The position numbers were made by a program, and so were the translations under genes. A DNA stretch of 24,836 bases, taken from a virus. Taxonomy: Duplodnaviria > Caudoviricetes. Under the pieces are notes generated by a model, which ran no database searches, was not told the DNA's origin, and was given only the letters and a program-made list of their open reading frames with translations. The stretch is taken from the IMG/VR virus record IMGVR_UViG_3300049479_000063, positions 1-24,836 of that record; one strand, given 5' to 3'. This document shows positions 24,663-24,836 of the stretch, piece after piece (the stretch's first letter is position 1; each line of letters begins with the position of its first letter).

Positions 24663-24836
24663 TGTTCTTCCAGCTCGTTGGCAATGTCGAGTACGTCTTG
24701 ACGAATAGCGTCAGCACCTTTGATACGCACTGCTAAGGCGCGGAGGACGGAAACAGCAATTTCGCGTGAATAACACTCGGGATTGATTTCCCATTCAATA
24801 GCAGCGTCGGCAATTGCCTGCGCGGCGGGGGAGAGA
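24659..24836 (-). CDS. Hypothetical protein, 5'-truncated by window edge
   Basis: ...LSPAAQAIADAAIEWEINPECYSREIAVSVLRALAVRIKGADAIRQDVLDIANELEEQ*; ATGA coupling to DUF3310. Confidence 0.65.
   Translation of the reverse strand, partial: LSPAAQAIADAAIEWEINPECYSREIAVSVLRALAVRIKGADAIRQDVLDIANELEEQ

Noticed and set aside
1-24836. tRNA, CRISPR array, integrase/att site, photosynthesis auxiliary genes, alternative genetic code
   Set aside because: None seen. Intergenic gaps are too short, and TAA, TAG and TGA all act as normal stops.

Overview
A 24.8 kb piece of a long-tailed (siphovirus-type) phage or prophage, most likely a cyanophage: it carries a cyanobacterial-type sigma-70 gene and several small ORFs resembling families I recall from freshwater cyanophages. 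The + strand (1-22399) is the late operon. It runs scaffold, major capsid, decoration protein, head-tail adaptor, a five-gene fibre/accessory cluster in the neck region, head closure, tail completion, tail terminator, tail tube, tail assembly chaperone, tape measure, lambda M/L/K/I/J-like tail tip, tail fibre, small lysis-region genes, a two-domain endolysin and an HNH nuclease. A convergent - strand block (22314-24836) encodes an RpoD-like sigma factor, dCTP deaminase, a Zn-ribbon protein, an RHH protein and DUF3310. The gene content is mostly standard; the interesting signals are regulatory. These are twin same-apex hairpins in the capsid leader, a UUCG terminator buried in a translated micro-ORF, a chaperone frameshift that must be +1/-2 rather than -1, and recurrent TAnnnT boxes before late genes paired with a phage sigma whose region 4 is degenerate. 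All calls come from reading motifs and synteny; no database searches were run.
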